A DNA stretch of 64,000 nucleotides, taken from the NCBI GenBank assembly GCA_039630575.1, contig JBCNUW010000001.1, forward strand, positions 64,659 through 128,658, in the 5' to 3' direction. The notes beneath the pieces are model-generated. The model was not told the origin of the DNA, ran no database searches, and was given only the letters and a program-made list of their open reading frames with translations. This DNA is from Candidatus Hydrothermales bacterium. Its GTDB lineage: Bacteria; Hydrothermota; Hydrothermia; Hydrothermales; JAJRUZ01. The translations under genes were made by a program, and so were the position numbers. Positions 30,499 through 40,022 of the stretch are shown here, piece after piece. Each line of letters opens with the position of its first letter. Within the stretch, counting starts at the first letter, position 1.

Positions 30499-32192
30499 AT
30501 AAAATAAATTTTAAGCTTACTTCAAGTTTTTTTCTTTTAATATTTTTTCTTACCCTTTTCATTTCAATTTTTCTATTTACAATCATAAGGAAAGAGTATT
30601 TAAAGGAAACAAAAAGAAATTTAGATAACTTTGTGACAATTTTAAATGAAAAGGTTAAAGTTTACCTTTTAAATAATGATTTAGAGAGTCTCAAAGGTGA
30701 AATAAAGATGCTTGGTGAAAAGGTTAATTTTGTTATAAGTGTTTATAATAATTCTGGCGAACTTGTAGCTGATTCAAAAATAGAAAATCTCTTAGACCAG
30801 GATAAAAGTAGACCTGAGATAGAAATAGCCTTGCATGGAGAAAAAGGATTCTTTGTAAGAAAAAGTGACACTTATAAAGGTAAATACATATTTCTAACTT
30901 TTCCTTTTGTTAAAAGTGAGGACGAAATTTTTGTTATCAGAGTAGGGGTTCCAGCAAGTGTTGTGGATAATTTTATATTAGATTTTATTAAGAGGGTAAT
31001 ATTAATCAGTTCAGTTCTTTTAATTATTTCACTTTTTATTTCCTTAATTCTTTCAAAACATTTTACTGATCCAATTAAAGATCTAATTTTTGCTTTCAAA
31101 AAAATCTCACATGGTGACACAAATATAAGGATATTTTTAAAAAGGAATGATGAATTAGGTGATCTCACAAATAGTTTTAATGAGATGGTTATTAGTTTAA
31201 ATAAAAACTTAAATGAGATAAAAAAGGAGAGAGCAACACTAGATTCTCTATTTAAAGCGTTACCTGACAATGTTTTTGTTTTAAACAAAAAGGGAGAAAT
31301 ACTTTACTATAATGAGAAAGTTAAGGAGTGTTTTAAAAATATAGAAAAATGTAAGTTTTATTATGAATTTTTAAAAGAGCCTGAATTTTCTAAAATTTTT
31401 GAGAAGGCAAATGAAAAAGAAGAGGCAGAGGGTCAAATAGGGTTTGAGTCAAAACTCTTTTATACAAAAATAAGAAAAATACCTGATACAGAAAATTTCA
31501 TTGTAGTTCTAACAGACATAACAGAAGTTAAAAAACTTGAGGAGATAAAAAAAGACTTTACCATCAATATTTCACATGAAATAAGAACTCCTTTAACTCT
31601 TATAAAGGGGTATATAGAAACAATTGAGGAAGAGGAAGAAATAAAAAATAAAAATTATATTTCCATAATCAAAAGACATATTAACAGGTTAATAGAGTTA
31701 ACTGAAAAAATAATTTATCTTTCACAGATAGAAACTGAAAAGTTTCTACAAATTGAAAAAGTTAACATAAAAGAAATAATTGAAAATGTCGTACCAATTT
31801 TTGAAAAGAGATTAAAAGAAAAAGAAATATCCCTTAAACTTGAATTGGAAGAGGAATTTAGAGAAATCAAAGCTGACAAAACTAAGTTGGAGCAGGTTTT
31901 TATTAATCTTTTTGACAATTCAATAAAGTTTACTACAAAAGGTGAGATAAGGGTTAAGATTCAAAGAAGAGATAATTTTGTGAGAATTGAGTTCATTGAT
32001 ACTGGAGAGGGTATCGAAGAAAAACATTTACCTAGGATATTTGAAAGATTTTATGTTGGCTCAAGGGAAAAAGCTGGTTTTGGACTCGGTTTATCAATAG
32101 TTAAACATATAATTAATTTACACAATGGTAAAATTAGTGTAGAAAGTCAAAAAGGTAAGGGAACAAAATTTATAATTGAATTACCTATTTAA
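30495..32192 (+). CDS. phoR: PhoR-type sensor histidine kinase
   Basis: Two TM segments, HAMP, PAS-like region, SHEIRTPL, NLxDNxIKF, DxGxG, GLGL. Confidence 0.85.
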   Translation: MNKINFKLTSSFFLLIFFLTLFISIFLFTIIRKEYLKETKRNLDNFVTILNEKVKVYLLNNDLESLKGEIKMLGEKVNFVISVYNNSGELVADSKIENLLDQDKSRPEIEIALHGEKGFFVRKSDTYKGKYIFLTFPFVKSEDEIFVIRVGVPASVVDNFILDFIKRVILISSVLLIISLFISLILSKHFTDPIKDLIFAFKKISHGDTNIRIFLKRNDELGDLTNSFNEMVISLNKNLNEIKKERATLDSLFKALPDNVFVLNKKGEILYYNEKVKECFKNIEKCKFYYEFLKEPEFSKIFEKANEKEEAEGQIGFESKLFYTKIRKIPDTENFIVVLTDITEVKKLEEIKKDFTINISHEIRTPLTLIKGYIETIEEEEEIKNKNYISIIKRHINRLIELTEKIIYLSQIETEKFLQIEKVNIKEIIENVVPIFEKRLKEKEISLKLELEEEFREIKADKTKLEQVFINLFDNSIKFTTKGEIRVKIQRRDNFVRIEFIDTGEGIEEKHLPRIFERFYVGSREKAGFGLGLSIVKHIINLHNGKISVESQKGKGTKFIIELPI

Positions 32193-32230
32193 CAAAAATT
32201 TAACAAAAATTTAACAAAAATTTAAAAAAG
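32187..32230 (+). promoter_or_regulatory. Pho-box-like 11-bp direct repeats upstream of pstC
   Basis: ATTTAACAAAA x3 plus a degenerate fourth copy; TTAACA cores at 11-bp spacing. Confidence 0.75.
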
Positions 32231-32249
32231 AGATTTTAAATTTAATTAA

Positions 32250-33134
32250 ATGGGTAAAAGGATTCAAGAAGAGATAATAAAAAGTATCTTTTTTATATTT
32301 GCTCTAATTTCTGTATTTACAACTTTTGGTATTATATTTGTTTTACTTTTCGAGACTATACAATTTTTTAAAGAGGTTTCAATTATAAGATTTTTAACTG
32401 AAAAGGAATGGACACCACTATTTGCAGTTAAAAAATTTGGTATATGGCCTCTTTTATCTGGTACATTTTTAACGTCTTTAATAGCTATTCTTATTTCTTT
32501 TCCAATGGGTCTTTCCATAGCAATCTTTGTAAGTGAGTATATGCCATTTAAATTAAAAGCAATTATTAAACCTATTATTGAGATTCTTGCTAGTATACCC
32601 ACGGTGGTATATGGTTATTTTGCTCTTTTATTTGTCACACCACTTTTGAAGAAAATAATACCTTCAATTTCTGGGTTTAATGCACTTTCTCCTGGTATTG
32701 TGCTTGGAATTATGATAATACCAACAGTTGCATCCATAAGTGAAGACTCACTTTCTTTAATTCCGAGAAGTTTGAGAGAGGCATCCTATGCGCTTGGTGC
32801 AACTAAACTTGAGACAGTGTTTAAAGTTGTTTTACCTGCTGCCTCTTCTGGAATTTTATCAGCAGTAATTCTTGGATTTTCCAGAGCAATAGGTGAAACA
32901 ATGATAGTAACAATAGCAGCAGGACAAAGACCTATACTGACACTTAACCCTCTTATTCCAATTGAAACAATAACTGCTTATATTGTACAGGTTTCTCTTG
33001 GAGATACGCCTACAGGATCTTTGGAATATAAAACAATATTTGCAGTTGGTATGGTTTTATTTTCTATAACTTTTACTTTCAACATTATAAGTCATAATTT
33101 AAGGATGAAGTTTATAAAATCCTTTAAATTATGA
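32250..33134 (+). CDS. pstC: Phosphate ABC permease PstC
   Basis: FGIWPLxx[25 protein letters not shown]. Confidence 0.94.
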   Translation: MGKRIQEEIIKSIFFIFALISVFTTFGIIFVLLFETIQFFKEVSIIRFLTEKEWTPLFAVKKFGIWPLLSGTFLTSLIAILISFPMGLSIAIFVSEYMPFKLKAIIKPIIEILASIPTVVYGYFALLFVTPLLKKIIPSISGFNALSPGIVLGIMIIPTVASISEDSLSLIPRSLREASYALGATKLETVFKVVLPAASSGILSAVILGFSRAIGETMIVTIAAGQRPILTLNPLIPIETITAYIVQVSLGDTPTGSLEYKTIFAVGMVLFSITFTFNIISHNLRMKFIKSFKL

Positions 33135-34000
33135 AAGATGTTAAAGAGTTAATTTTTAAGAGAAAAAAAAGGGAGAAATTATTTATTGTTCTGTCACTTT
33201 TCTTTATAACCTTTGCATTAATGTCACTTTTGCTTTTAATAGTTAGTATTTTAGTTGATGGTTACTCTGTTATAAGTATTAAGTTTTTGACGAGTTACCC
33301 TTCAAGAAAGCCTGAAGAAGCTGGGATATTATCAGCTCTAGTTGGCTCAGTTTACGTTCTTGTTATTATGATTTTATTTATTGTTCCAATTGGAATTGGA
33401 GCAGCTATATATTTAGAGGAATTTGCTCCCAAAAATACCCTTACACATTTTATAGAGATAAACATTGTGAACCTTGCAGGTGTTCCCTCCATTATATATG
33501 GACTTCTTGGACTTGAGATTTTTGTAAGGTTTTTTGGTCTTGGAAGGTCTATACTTGCTGGATCTTTAACACTTTCTCTTTTGGTATTACCTAGTGTTAT
33601 AATTGCTACTCGAGAAGCGATAAAACTTGTTCCCTACTCAATAAGAGAAGCTAGTTTGGCTTTAGGTGCTACCAAATGGCAGACAGTGCGACATCAAGTT
33701 CTACCAGTTGCTTTACCGGGAATTCTTACTGGTATAATACTTGCTGTTTCAAGAGCTATAGGAGAGACAGCTCCACTTATAACAATTGGAGCTCTTACAT
33801 ATATTGCTTTTTTACCTACAACACCACTTTCACCCTTTACTGTGCTCCCTATTCAAATATTTAACTGGATTTCAAGACCGCAAAAAATGTTTCATAAAAA
33901 TGCTGCTGGAGCAATAATCATTTTACTTTTTTTAACATTTATGTTAAACTTAACAGCAATAATTTTAAGAAATTATTATAAAAGTAAATATAGACTATAA
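33131..34000 (+). CDS. pstA: Phosphate ABC permease PstA
   Basis: [27 protein letters not shown]. Confidence 0.94.
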   Translation: MKDVKELIFKRKKREKLFIVLSLFFITFALMSLLLLIVSILVDGYSVISIKFLTSYPSRKPEEAGILSALVGSVYVLVIMILFIVPIGIGAAIYLEEFAPKNTLTHFIEINIVNLAGVPSIIYGLLGLEIFVRFFGLGRSILAGSLTLSLLVLPSVIIATREAIKLVPYSIREASLALGATKWQTVRHQVLPVALPGILTGIILAVSRAIGETAPLITIGALTYIAFLPTTPLSPFTVLPIQIFNWISRPQKMFHKNAAGAIIILLFLTFMLNLTAIILRNYYKSKYRL

Positions 34001-34002
34001 AA

Positions 34003-34755
34003 ATGGCAGTGATAAAAACAGAAAATTTGAATGTTTATTTTGGTGAAAATCATGTTTTAAAAAACATAAATATAGAAATACCTGAAAAGAAAATAACAGC
34101 TATAATGGGACCCTCAGGTTGTGGAAAATCAACCCTTTTGAGATGTTTTAACAGAATGAACGATCTTATTGATAACTTCGTTTTGCAGGGTAAAGTTATA
34201 TTTAATGGAAAAAATATTTATGAAAATAGTACTGAACCTTCAGAAATAAGAACAAAGATTGGTATGGTTTTTCAGAAACCAAATCCTTTTCCAAAATCAA
34301 TTTATGAGAATGTTGCCTTTGGACCAAAAATTTTAGGTATAAAGGATAAATCAAAACTTGATTATATAGTAGAGGAGTCTTTGAAAAAAGCTTACCTTTG
34401 GGAAGAGGTAAAGGATAAACTTAGAGAAAATGCTTTAAATCTCTCAGGAGGTCAACAGCAGAGATTATGTATAGCAAGAGCATTGGCAGTTGGACCGGAA
34501 GTTCTGTTACTTGATGAGCCAACATCTGCACTTGATCCTGTTGCATCAAAGAAAATAGAGGAATTACTTGAGGAATTAAAAAAGAACTTAACTATAGTGA
34601 TTGTTACTCACAACCCATCTCAAGCATCAAGAATTTCTGATTATACAGCTTTTTTATATTTAGGAGAGCTGATAGAATTTAATACAACAGACAAAATTTT
34701 TACTATTCCTAAACATCCAAAAACACAGGAATATTTAAGTGGAAAATTTGGATAA
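34003..34755 (+). CDS. pstB: Phosphate ABC ATP-binding protein
   Basis: [35 protein letters not shown] end. Confidence 0.96.
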   Translation: MAVIKTENLNVYFGENHVLKNINIEIPEKKITAIMGPSGCGKSTLLRCFNRMNDLIDNFVLQGKVIFNGKNIYENSTEPSEIRTKIGMVFQKPNPFPKSIYENVAFGPKILGIKDKSKLDYIVEESLKKAYLWEEVKDKLRENALNLSGGQQQRLCIARALAVGPEVLLLDEPTSALDPVASKKIEELLEELKKNLTIVIVTHNPSQASRISDYTAFLYLGELIEFNTTDKIFTIPKHPKTQEYLSGKFG

Positions 34756-34772
34756 AATAGGAGAAATAGAAA

Positions 34773-35426
34773 ATGTTTGAGGAAAAACTAAATGAATTAA
34801 AAAGAGAAATAATAAATTATGCTTTCCTTGTAGAAAGGATGATTGAAAAAAGTATAAACGGACTTCTTGAAAAAAAGGAAGAGCTTTTAAGAGAAGTAAT
34901 TGAAAGAGATGAAATTGAGGCAAATGATTTTGAAATCAAAATTGATGAGCTTGCTATTACTACTATAGCAAAATACGAACCTAAAGGTAAGGATCTTAGG
35001 GAAGTTCTTATGATACTTAAAATAAACAACGACCTTGAAAGAATGGCAGACCATGCTGTGAATATTTGTGAAAGCGCTTTATTTTTAATCGAAAGACCAA
35101 AGGTAAAACCCTTTACAGAAATAAATAAAATAGCTAACGAAACAATAAAGATGTTAAAAGACAGTATAGACTCTTTTATAGAAGAAAACACTAAAAAAGC
35201 AAAAAGTGTTTGTGAAAGAGATTATATTGTTGACGATTTAAATAGCTCCATATCTAAAGAGTTAATCTCATATATGATGTGTGATCCAGGAGCAATAGAA
35301 AGATGTATGCATATAATGAGAATCTCAAATAATATTGAGAGAATAGCAGATCTATCAACTAATATTAGTGAGGATGTAATCTTTATGGTTGAAGGTAAAG
35401 TTATAAAACATCATAGGGAAGAATAA
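34773..35426 (+). CDS. phoU: Phosphate signalling protein PhoU
   Basis: DLERMADHA and IERIADxxTNI repeats. Confidence 0.95.
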   Translation: MFEEKLNELKREIINYAFLVERMIEKSINGLLEKKEELLREVIERDEIEANDFEIKIDELAITTIAKYEPKGKDLREVLMILKINNDLERMADHAVNICESALFLIERPKVKPFTEINKIANETIKMLKDSIDSFIEENTKKAKSVCERDYIVDDLNSSISKELISYMMCDPGAIERCMHIMRISNNIERIADLSTNISEDVIFMVEGKVIKHHREE

Positions 35427-35427
35427 C

Positions 35428-35456
35428 TTGAAAATTAAATTATAAAATCTTATAAT
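35428..35456 (+). promoter_or_regulatory. Putative sigma70 promoter
   Basis: TTGAAA-N17-TATAAT upstream of the lipoprotein gene at 35511. Confidence 0.65.
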
Positions 35457-35510
35457 TAAAATAAAATTTGGGTTCAATTCCCCTTAAAAAAATTATAAAG
35501 GAGTAATATT

Positions 35511-35780
35511 ATGAGGAAATTTTTGTTGCTAATCCCAATTTTTGGGATATTCCTTGTTTCCTGTCAGCTTCCACCTGAAATAAAAGAATTACCGGAAAAG
35601 ATGAACGAGTTTAAAACTAAAGTAGAGGAACTTGAGGGTAAGGTTTCTGATCTTGAGTCTAAAATTGAGGAGCTAAAAACAAAGATAGAAGAGATGGAAA
35701 AGGCAAAATCACAACCTGAAGTTAAAAAGGAAAGCAGCGGAACACAAACACCTAAAGTTCCACCCATAAGAAAAAAATAA
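35511..35780 (+). CDS. Small coiled-coil lipoprotein
   Basis: LVSC lipobox, heptad repeats, C-terminal RKK; AGGAG SD. Confidence 0.8.
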   Translation: MRKFLLLIPIFGIFLVSCQLPPEIKELPEKMNEFKTKVEELEGKVSDLESKIEELKTKIEEMEKAKSQPEVKKESSGTQTPKVPPIRKK

Positions 35781-35792
35781 AGAGGTTTTAAG

Positions 35793-36569
35793 ATGAAAAA
35801 AATTTTATTAATTTCAGGTTTGTTTTTAATACTTTTAGTTTTTATAGGTTGTCCTGAAGATGAAGAATTGCCAACACCTAATGCAAGAATTGCAAGCATT
35901 TTAGAGCAGGGTGAAGGAATAAGACTCGAATGGGATCCTGTTGAAGGTGCTGATGGTTACAGAGTTAGAGTTGACGACGAATTGAAGTATGAAGGAACAA
36001 GTACATATTTTGAGTGGAAAACACCTGCATTAAAAATAGAAGTTTATGCCTATGCTGGGGATAAGGAATCTACCCCAAGAGTTTTTGACTTCACACCTGT
36101 TTCAAGAACTTCTCAAGAATTATGGGAAAGAAGCGCAGCTGGTAACAGTGGCTATGGCTGGAATGCAGATGGAACAGGTTCAAGCTACTCTTTGGGAGAT
36201 GCTGCAAATCATTCAAGAATAGATTTTTATTTGGATGACTTTACTGCTGGGACTGTAGACGTTTCAAATATTTACTTGGTAAGTCCTCATCACGGGGGAT
36301 TTAACGATACTGAAACAGGTTTTGCTGTTGAAACAGGTGGAACAGGTAATATAGCACCAGCTCCTGGAACCTATGATACTCCCAGACCACAAAGTCCAAT
36401 AGTATCTGGAGGAACTTACTTTTTATGGATAGATCACAGTAATAACGAGTGGACTAGTGATGATAATTTTGTTAAAATAAAGATAATTTCTATAGGCAAT
36501 GATGGAAAGGTTGTATTTGACTATTGGTTCCAGAAACAAGGTGGACTTCGCTGGCTAAAGACAAATTAA
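35793..36569 (+). CDS. Lipoprotein of unknown function (FN3-like N-terminal part, possible HmuY-like C-terminal part)
   Basis: FIGC lipobox; LEWDPVEGADGYRV; C-terminal FVKIKII...VVFDYWFQ. Confidence 0.7.
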   Translation: MKKILLISGLFLILLVFIGCPEDEELPTPNARIASILEQGEGIRLEWDPVEGADGYRVRVDDELKYEGTSTYFEWKTPALKIEVYAYAGDKESTPRVFDFTPVSRTSQELWERSAAGNSGYGWNADGTGSSYSLGDAANHSRIDFYLDDFTAGTVDVSNIYLVSPHHGGFNDTETGFAVETGGTGNIAPAPGTYDTPRPQSPIVSGGTYFLWIDHSNNEWTSDDNFVKIKIISIGNDGKVVFDYWFQKQGGLRWLKTN

Positions 36570-36592
36570 ATTAAATTAAATTAAATTAAATT
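36563..36592. repeat. (AAATT)6 tandem repeat
   Basis: Six perfect copies overlapping the stop codon. Confidence 0.9.
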
Positions 36593-36593
36593 T

Positions 36594-36622
36594 CCCCCCC
36601 AATATTTGGGGGGGTTTTTTTT
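36594..36622 (+). terminator. Rho-independent terminator
   Basis: CCCCCCCAA-TAT-TTGGGGGGG hairpin followed by T8. Confidence 0.9.
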
Positions 36623-36666
36623 ATAATAAGTTGAATATAAAATTAAATTTTTCCTAACATAAACTC

Positions 36667-37677
36667 ATGAGAAAAACTTTATCAATTATTTCTTTTTTAT
36701 TTTTGTTTTGTGTAAAAGAGCCTCACGAAGTAGGATGGTTCTTAACATTTAAAATACCTGGAAAAATGAAAAAGACTACTGTAAAAGAGGAAGTTCAAAA
36801 AAGCGATAAGTATAGAGTGATTGCAGATTCAGTTTTTAATGTTCAAAAGAAAATTCATTCAAATTTGAACTATTCTGGTTATGCTATTATAACTAGTGAT
36901 ACATTAAGGAGATTATTACCAAAGTTTATTGATACAACGCAAAGTGAATTTGGATCCTTAATTTTTCTTATTTATGGCGGGGCAAAGTATAAAGGAAATG
37001 TAATTACATCACCTTGCACATTAAAAACAAAAATAATTTCCTATTTTTGGAACGATAATATTGATACCTTTGGGATTTTTAAAATTGACAGCATGAAAAC
37101 TTCTGTTACTGGAAACTTTAAAATAACACACAGAATACCTTTTAACGATTTTCCTGCTGGACCCCATCTTTTTATAATTATTCCACAGATTTTAACAGGT
37201 AGTGCAAATTTTGATACAATTGAAACCTTCAAAGAGGGTCTTTTTGGAGCTAAAGTTTTAGGAGATAATATCATAACATTCTTGGACACAATAAAAAATG
37301 AAAGTGAAGACTTGAGAGAATTAGCAAGGCAAAATAGAATTGAAAAGATTTTCTTACATGCCGATGTTACACATAGCTTTCCTGTGAGGTTTTTTCTATC
37401 TATTATGGTGTTTTCAAACAGCGACACCCTTATGCCTATCAATAATCTTCCTTTTAAAAGCGCACCTAAAAACCAAGAGGGTGTATCAACTGATAGTACT
37501 AAATTTTCCATTGAAATAGATCTTTCTAAAGATGTTGTAGATCTATCAAAAGATTCTTTAATATTTTATAAAGCTTTTGCAATTGTAGACAGTCAGGGTA
37601 ATGCTTATATAAAACCTGAGGATTTCATAAAATTAAAAGGATATCTCGGAGTAAAACTCTATACATTGGAGCGATAA
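36667..37677 (+). CDS. Hypothetical exported protein or lipoprotein
   Basis: 336-aa ORF; signal peptide ending FLFC; beta-rich. Confidence 0.65.
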   Translation: MRKTLSIISFLFLFCVKEPHEVGWFLTFKIPGKMKKTTVKEEVQKSDKYRVIADSVFNVQKKIHSNLNYSGYAIITSDTLRRLLPKFIDTTQSEFGSLIFLIYGGAKYKGNVITSPCTLKTKIISYFWNDNIDTFGIFKIDSMKTSVTGNFKITHRIPFNDFPAGPHLFIIIPQILTGSANFDTIETFKEGLFGAKVLGDNIITFLDTIKNESEDLRELARQNRIEKIFLHADVTHSFPVRFFLSIMVFSNSDTLMPINNLPFKSAPKNQEGVSTDSTKFSIEIDLSKDVVDLSKDSLIFYKAFAIVDSQGNAYIKPEDFIKLKGYLGVKLYTLER

Positions 37678-37679
37678 AC

Positions 37680-40022
37680 ATGATTAAATTAGTTTTGTTT
37701 TTATATCCCCTCTATTTTACTCCTGGGGAAAATTTTTTCCCAAGTTATCCATTTGCGAGTCAGAATATTTACTTTAATCCAGCCCTTATAGGTTCCGAAT
37801 TTAACCCAAGTTTTACCTTTTCCTTTTTATCAACCAACCTTGCTCTTACAAATAATGGATTATCTATATCACTATACAACGATATTATGTCTGCTCATGG
37901 TGATTCTATTACAAAATCTTTAAAAGAGAGCTTCTTTAAAAACATCGGGTCCTCATGGAAAACAAATCACCTTTCATATTTTTCACCCTTTTCATTTTCT
38001 TTAGGAAGATTTGCTTTTGGTTTAAGGGCTATCCAGGGTTTAATTTTGATGTTACCCGAACCATGGCTAAGGATTCTACTCTACGGAAATGAGCTCGATA
38101 AAACCTATTTTGCAAACAAAGACAATACTGCATTTCAAGTTTTAAACTTAATTGAAACAAGAATAGGTTCCGGTTATGGTATTTTTTTAGATAAAGAGGA
38201 AAAGTACAGGTTAATTTATGGTTTAAATTTTGCCTTCTATATATCAGGACCTTACGTTGAGCTAAATGAAGTTAATGTAAGATTAAATTCTTACTATGAC
38301 GGAATAACTGGGGATGACTATATTAAATTAAAGTTAGACACAACCTTTCTAAACTTTGGATATTCAATAGATTTAGGTTTTGGTTTAGAGTATAAAAAAA
38401 TCCTAAATTTTTCTCTAGGTTTAAACAATATAATATCAAATATAAACTTTTCAAAAGGTATTACCTATATCCACTATGGAAACCTTGACACTTTTTATTT
38501 AGGGGAGGGAATAGATTTTGATACTTTGTATACTGACAAATTAGATACCATACCAGGTGCCTTCAGTGTAAAACTTCCTCTTATTTTGAAATTTTCAACC
38601 TTCTATAGACATCCAGATGATAAGTATAGATTATTTTTAATATGGGAGCAGGGATTCAAATATACAGCATTTTCAACAAAAACACCGAGGATATCTCTTG
38701 GAGGGGAATATTTTGTTCATCCAAGAATACCATTAAGATTTGGTTTTGTTTTTGGAGGCTACGAGGGGTTAAGTCTATCTTTAGGCGCAGGTATAGTAAG
38801 CAGAGAAATTTCCTCAATAAATATTGGAATTTCACAACATAGGGGAATACTATTAGGTTCAAGGGGTATCTCATTCTCATTTTTAACGGAATTTCATTCC
38901 ACATTTAAAGGAAAATTTAAATTTAAAATAATGGATTCTCTTACAAATAAACCTATAGCTAATGCTATACTTAAACTAACAGATAAAAACAATAAAAAAG
39001 TTTTTGAAGGTCAAAGTGATGTAAACGGTGAAATAAGAGGAGAAATTAAAAAAGGCGAATATAAATTTGAAGTCGAAGCTGAGAATTATTACTCTAAGTC
39101 AGGATTTGTGGAAATAAAACAAGGTAGAGAAAAAGAAGAAAAAATTTTACTTAAAACAAGATTTGGTTATCTTACATTATATGTTAAAGATAGAGAGACT
39201 CTTAAGCCATTAGGTAATGTAGATGTTACTGTTCAGTACAAAGAAAAAACAACAAAAGTAAAAACTGATTCATCAGGTATATTAAAGCTTAGACTGGAAA
39301 GAGGAGAGTATAAATTTAAGTTTGAACATCCTGACTATATGGTGAGGACAGAAAGCTACAAGGTTGAATCTGGAGTTCAAAAGGAAGTTGAAGTTTTCTT
39401 AGCAACTCGTTTTGGTACTGTTAAGGGTAAAGTTTACAATGCTCAGACACTTGAACCCCTTAAAGGTCAACTGGAAATTTATCCTGAAGGTAAGGACAGT
39501 GTTATAGAAAAGTTAGAAACAACTTTAGATGGTAGCTATAATGTAAAACTCTCTGAAGGGATATACAAATTCAAAGTAAAAGTTTCAAATTATATTCCTC
39601 AAGAAGCTTATGTTCAAGTAATTGGAGGGAAAGAATCTCTAAAAGACTTTGCTATGCTTAAGGAAAAAATGGTTTTTACTTTTAGAAACATCTATTTTGA
39701 TTTTAATAAGGCTACAATAAGACCTGAATCTTACCCAGTTTTAGATTCTATTGCCCTTATGTTAAAGGATAACCCAACTATAATTGTTGAAATAGGCGGA
39801 CATACAGACGAGAGAGGAACAAGATCCTATAACAAAAATTTAAGTCAGCAAAGAGCCGAATCTGTCAGAAATTACCTTTTTGAAAAACATGGTATAGAGC
39901 TTTTAAGACTCATTCCTTTAGGATACGGAGAAGATTTACCTATTATAAAGAATGCTAAAACAGAGGAAGAGCATCAATTAAACAGAAGAGTAGAATTTAA
40001 AATTTTAGGAGAAAAGAGATGA
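37680..40022 (+). CDS. OmpA-family outer-membrane protein: putative N-terminal barrel, beta-sandwich repeats, C-terminal OmpA domain
   Basis: NPA motif near the N-terminus; three repeats of D/N-x-x-T-xxP...G-x-Y-x-F; NIYFDFNKA, GHTD, N..LSQQRA, NRRVEF. Confidence 0.85.
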   Translation: MIKLVLFLYPLYFTPGENFFPSYPFASQNIYFNPALIGSEFNPSFTFSFLSTNLALTNNGLSISLYNDIMSAHGDSITKSLKESFFKNIGSSWKTNHLSYFSPFSFSLGRFAFGLRAIQGLILMLPEPWLRILLYGNELDKTYFANKDNTAFQVLNLIETRIGSGYGIFLDKEEKYRLIYGLNFAFYISGPYVELNEVNVRLNSYYDGITGDDYIKLKLDTTFLNFGYSIDLGFGLEYKKILNFSLGLNNIISNINFSKGITYIHYGNLDTFYLGEGIDFDTLYTDKLDTIPGAFSVKLPLILKFSTFYRHPDDKYRLFLIWEQGFKYTAFSTKTPRISLGGEYFVHPRIPLRFGFVFGGYEGLSLSLGAGIVSREISSINIGISQHRGILLGSRGISFSFLTEFHSTFKGKFKFKIMDSLTNKPIANAILKLTDKNNKKVFEGQSDVNGEIRGEIKKGEYKFEVEAENYYSKSGFVEIKQGREKEEKILLKTRFGYLTLYVKDRETLKPLGNVDVTVQYKEKTTKVKTDSSGILKLRLERGEYKFKFEHPDYMVRTESYKVESGVQKEVEVFLATRFGTVKGKVYNAQTLEPLKGQLEIYPEGKDSVIEKLETTLDGSYNVKLSEGIYKFKVKVSNYIPQEAYVQVIGGKESLKDFAMLKEKMVFTFRNIYFDFNKATIRPESYPVLDSIALMLKDNPTIIVEIGGHTDERGTRSYNKNLSQQRAESVRNYLFEKHGIELLRLIPLGYGEDLPIIKNAKTEEEHQLNRRVEFKILGEKR

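Noticed and set aside
32187..32230. Direct repeats as a CRISPR array
   Set aside because: 11-bp tandem units with no spacers and no cas genes; a Pho box fits better
35470..35482. GGTTCAATTCC motifs as tRNA genes or attL/attR remnants
   Set aside because: No acceptor, D or anticodon arms and no following acceptor-stem half; kept instead as a leader motif
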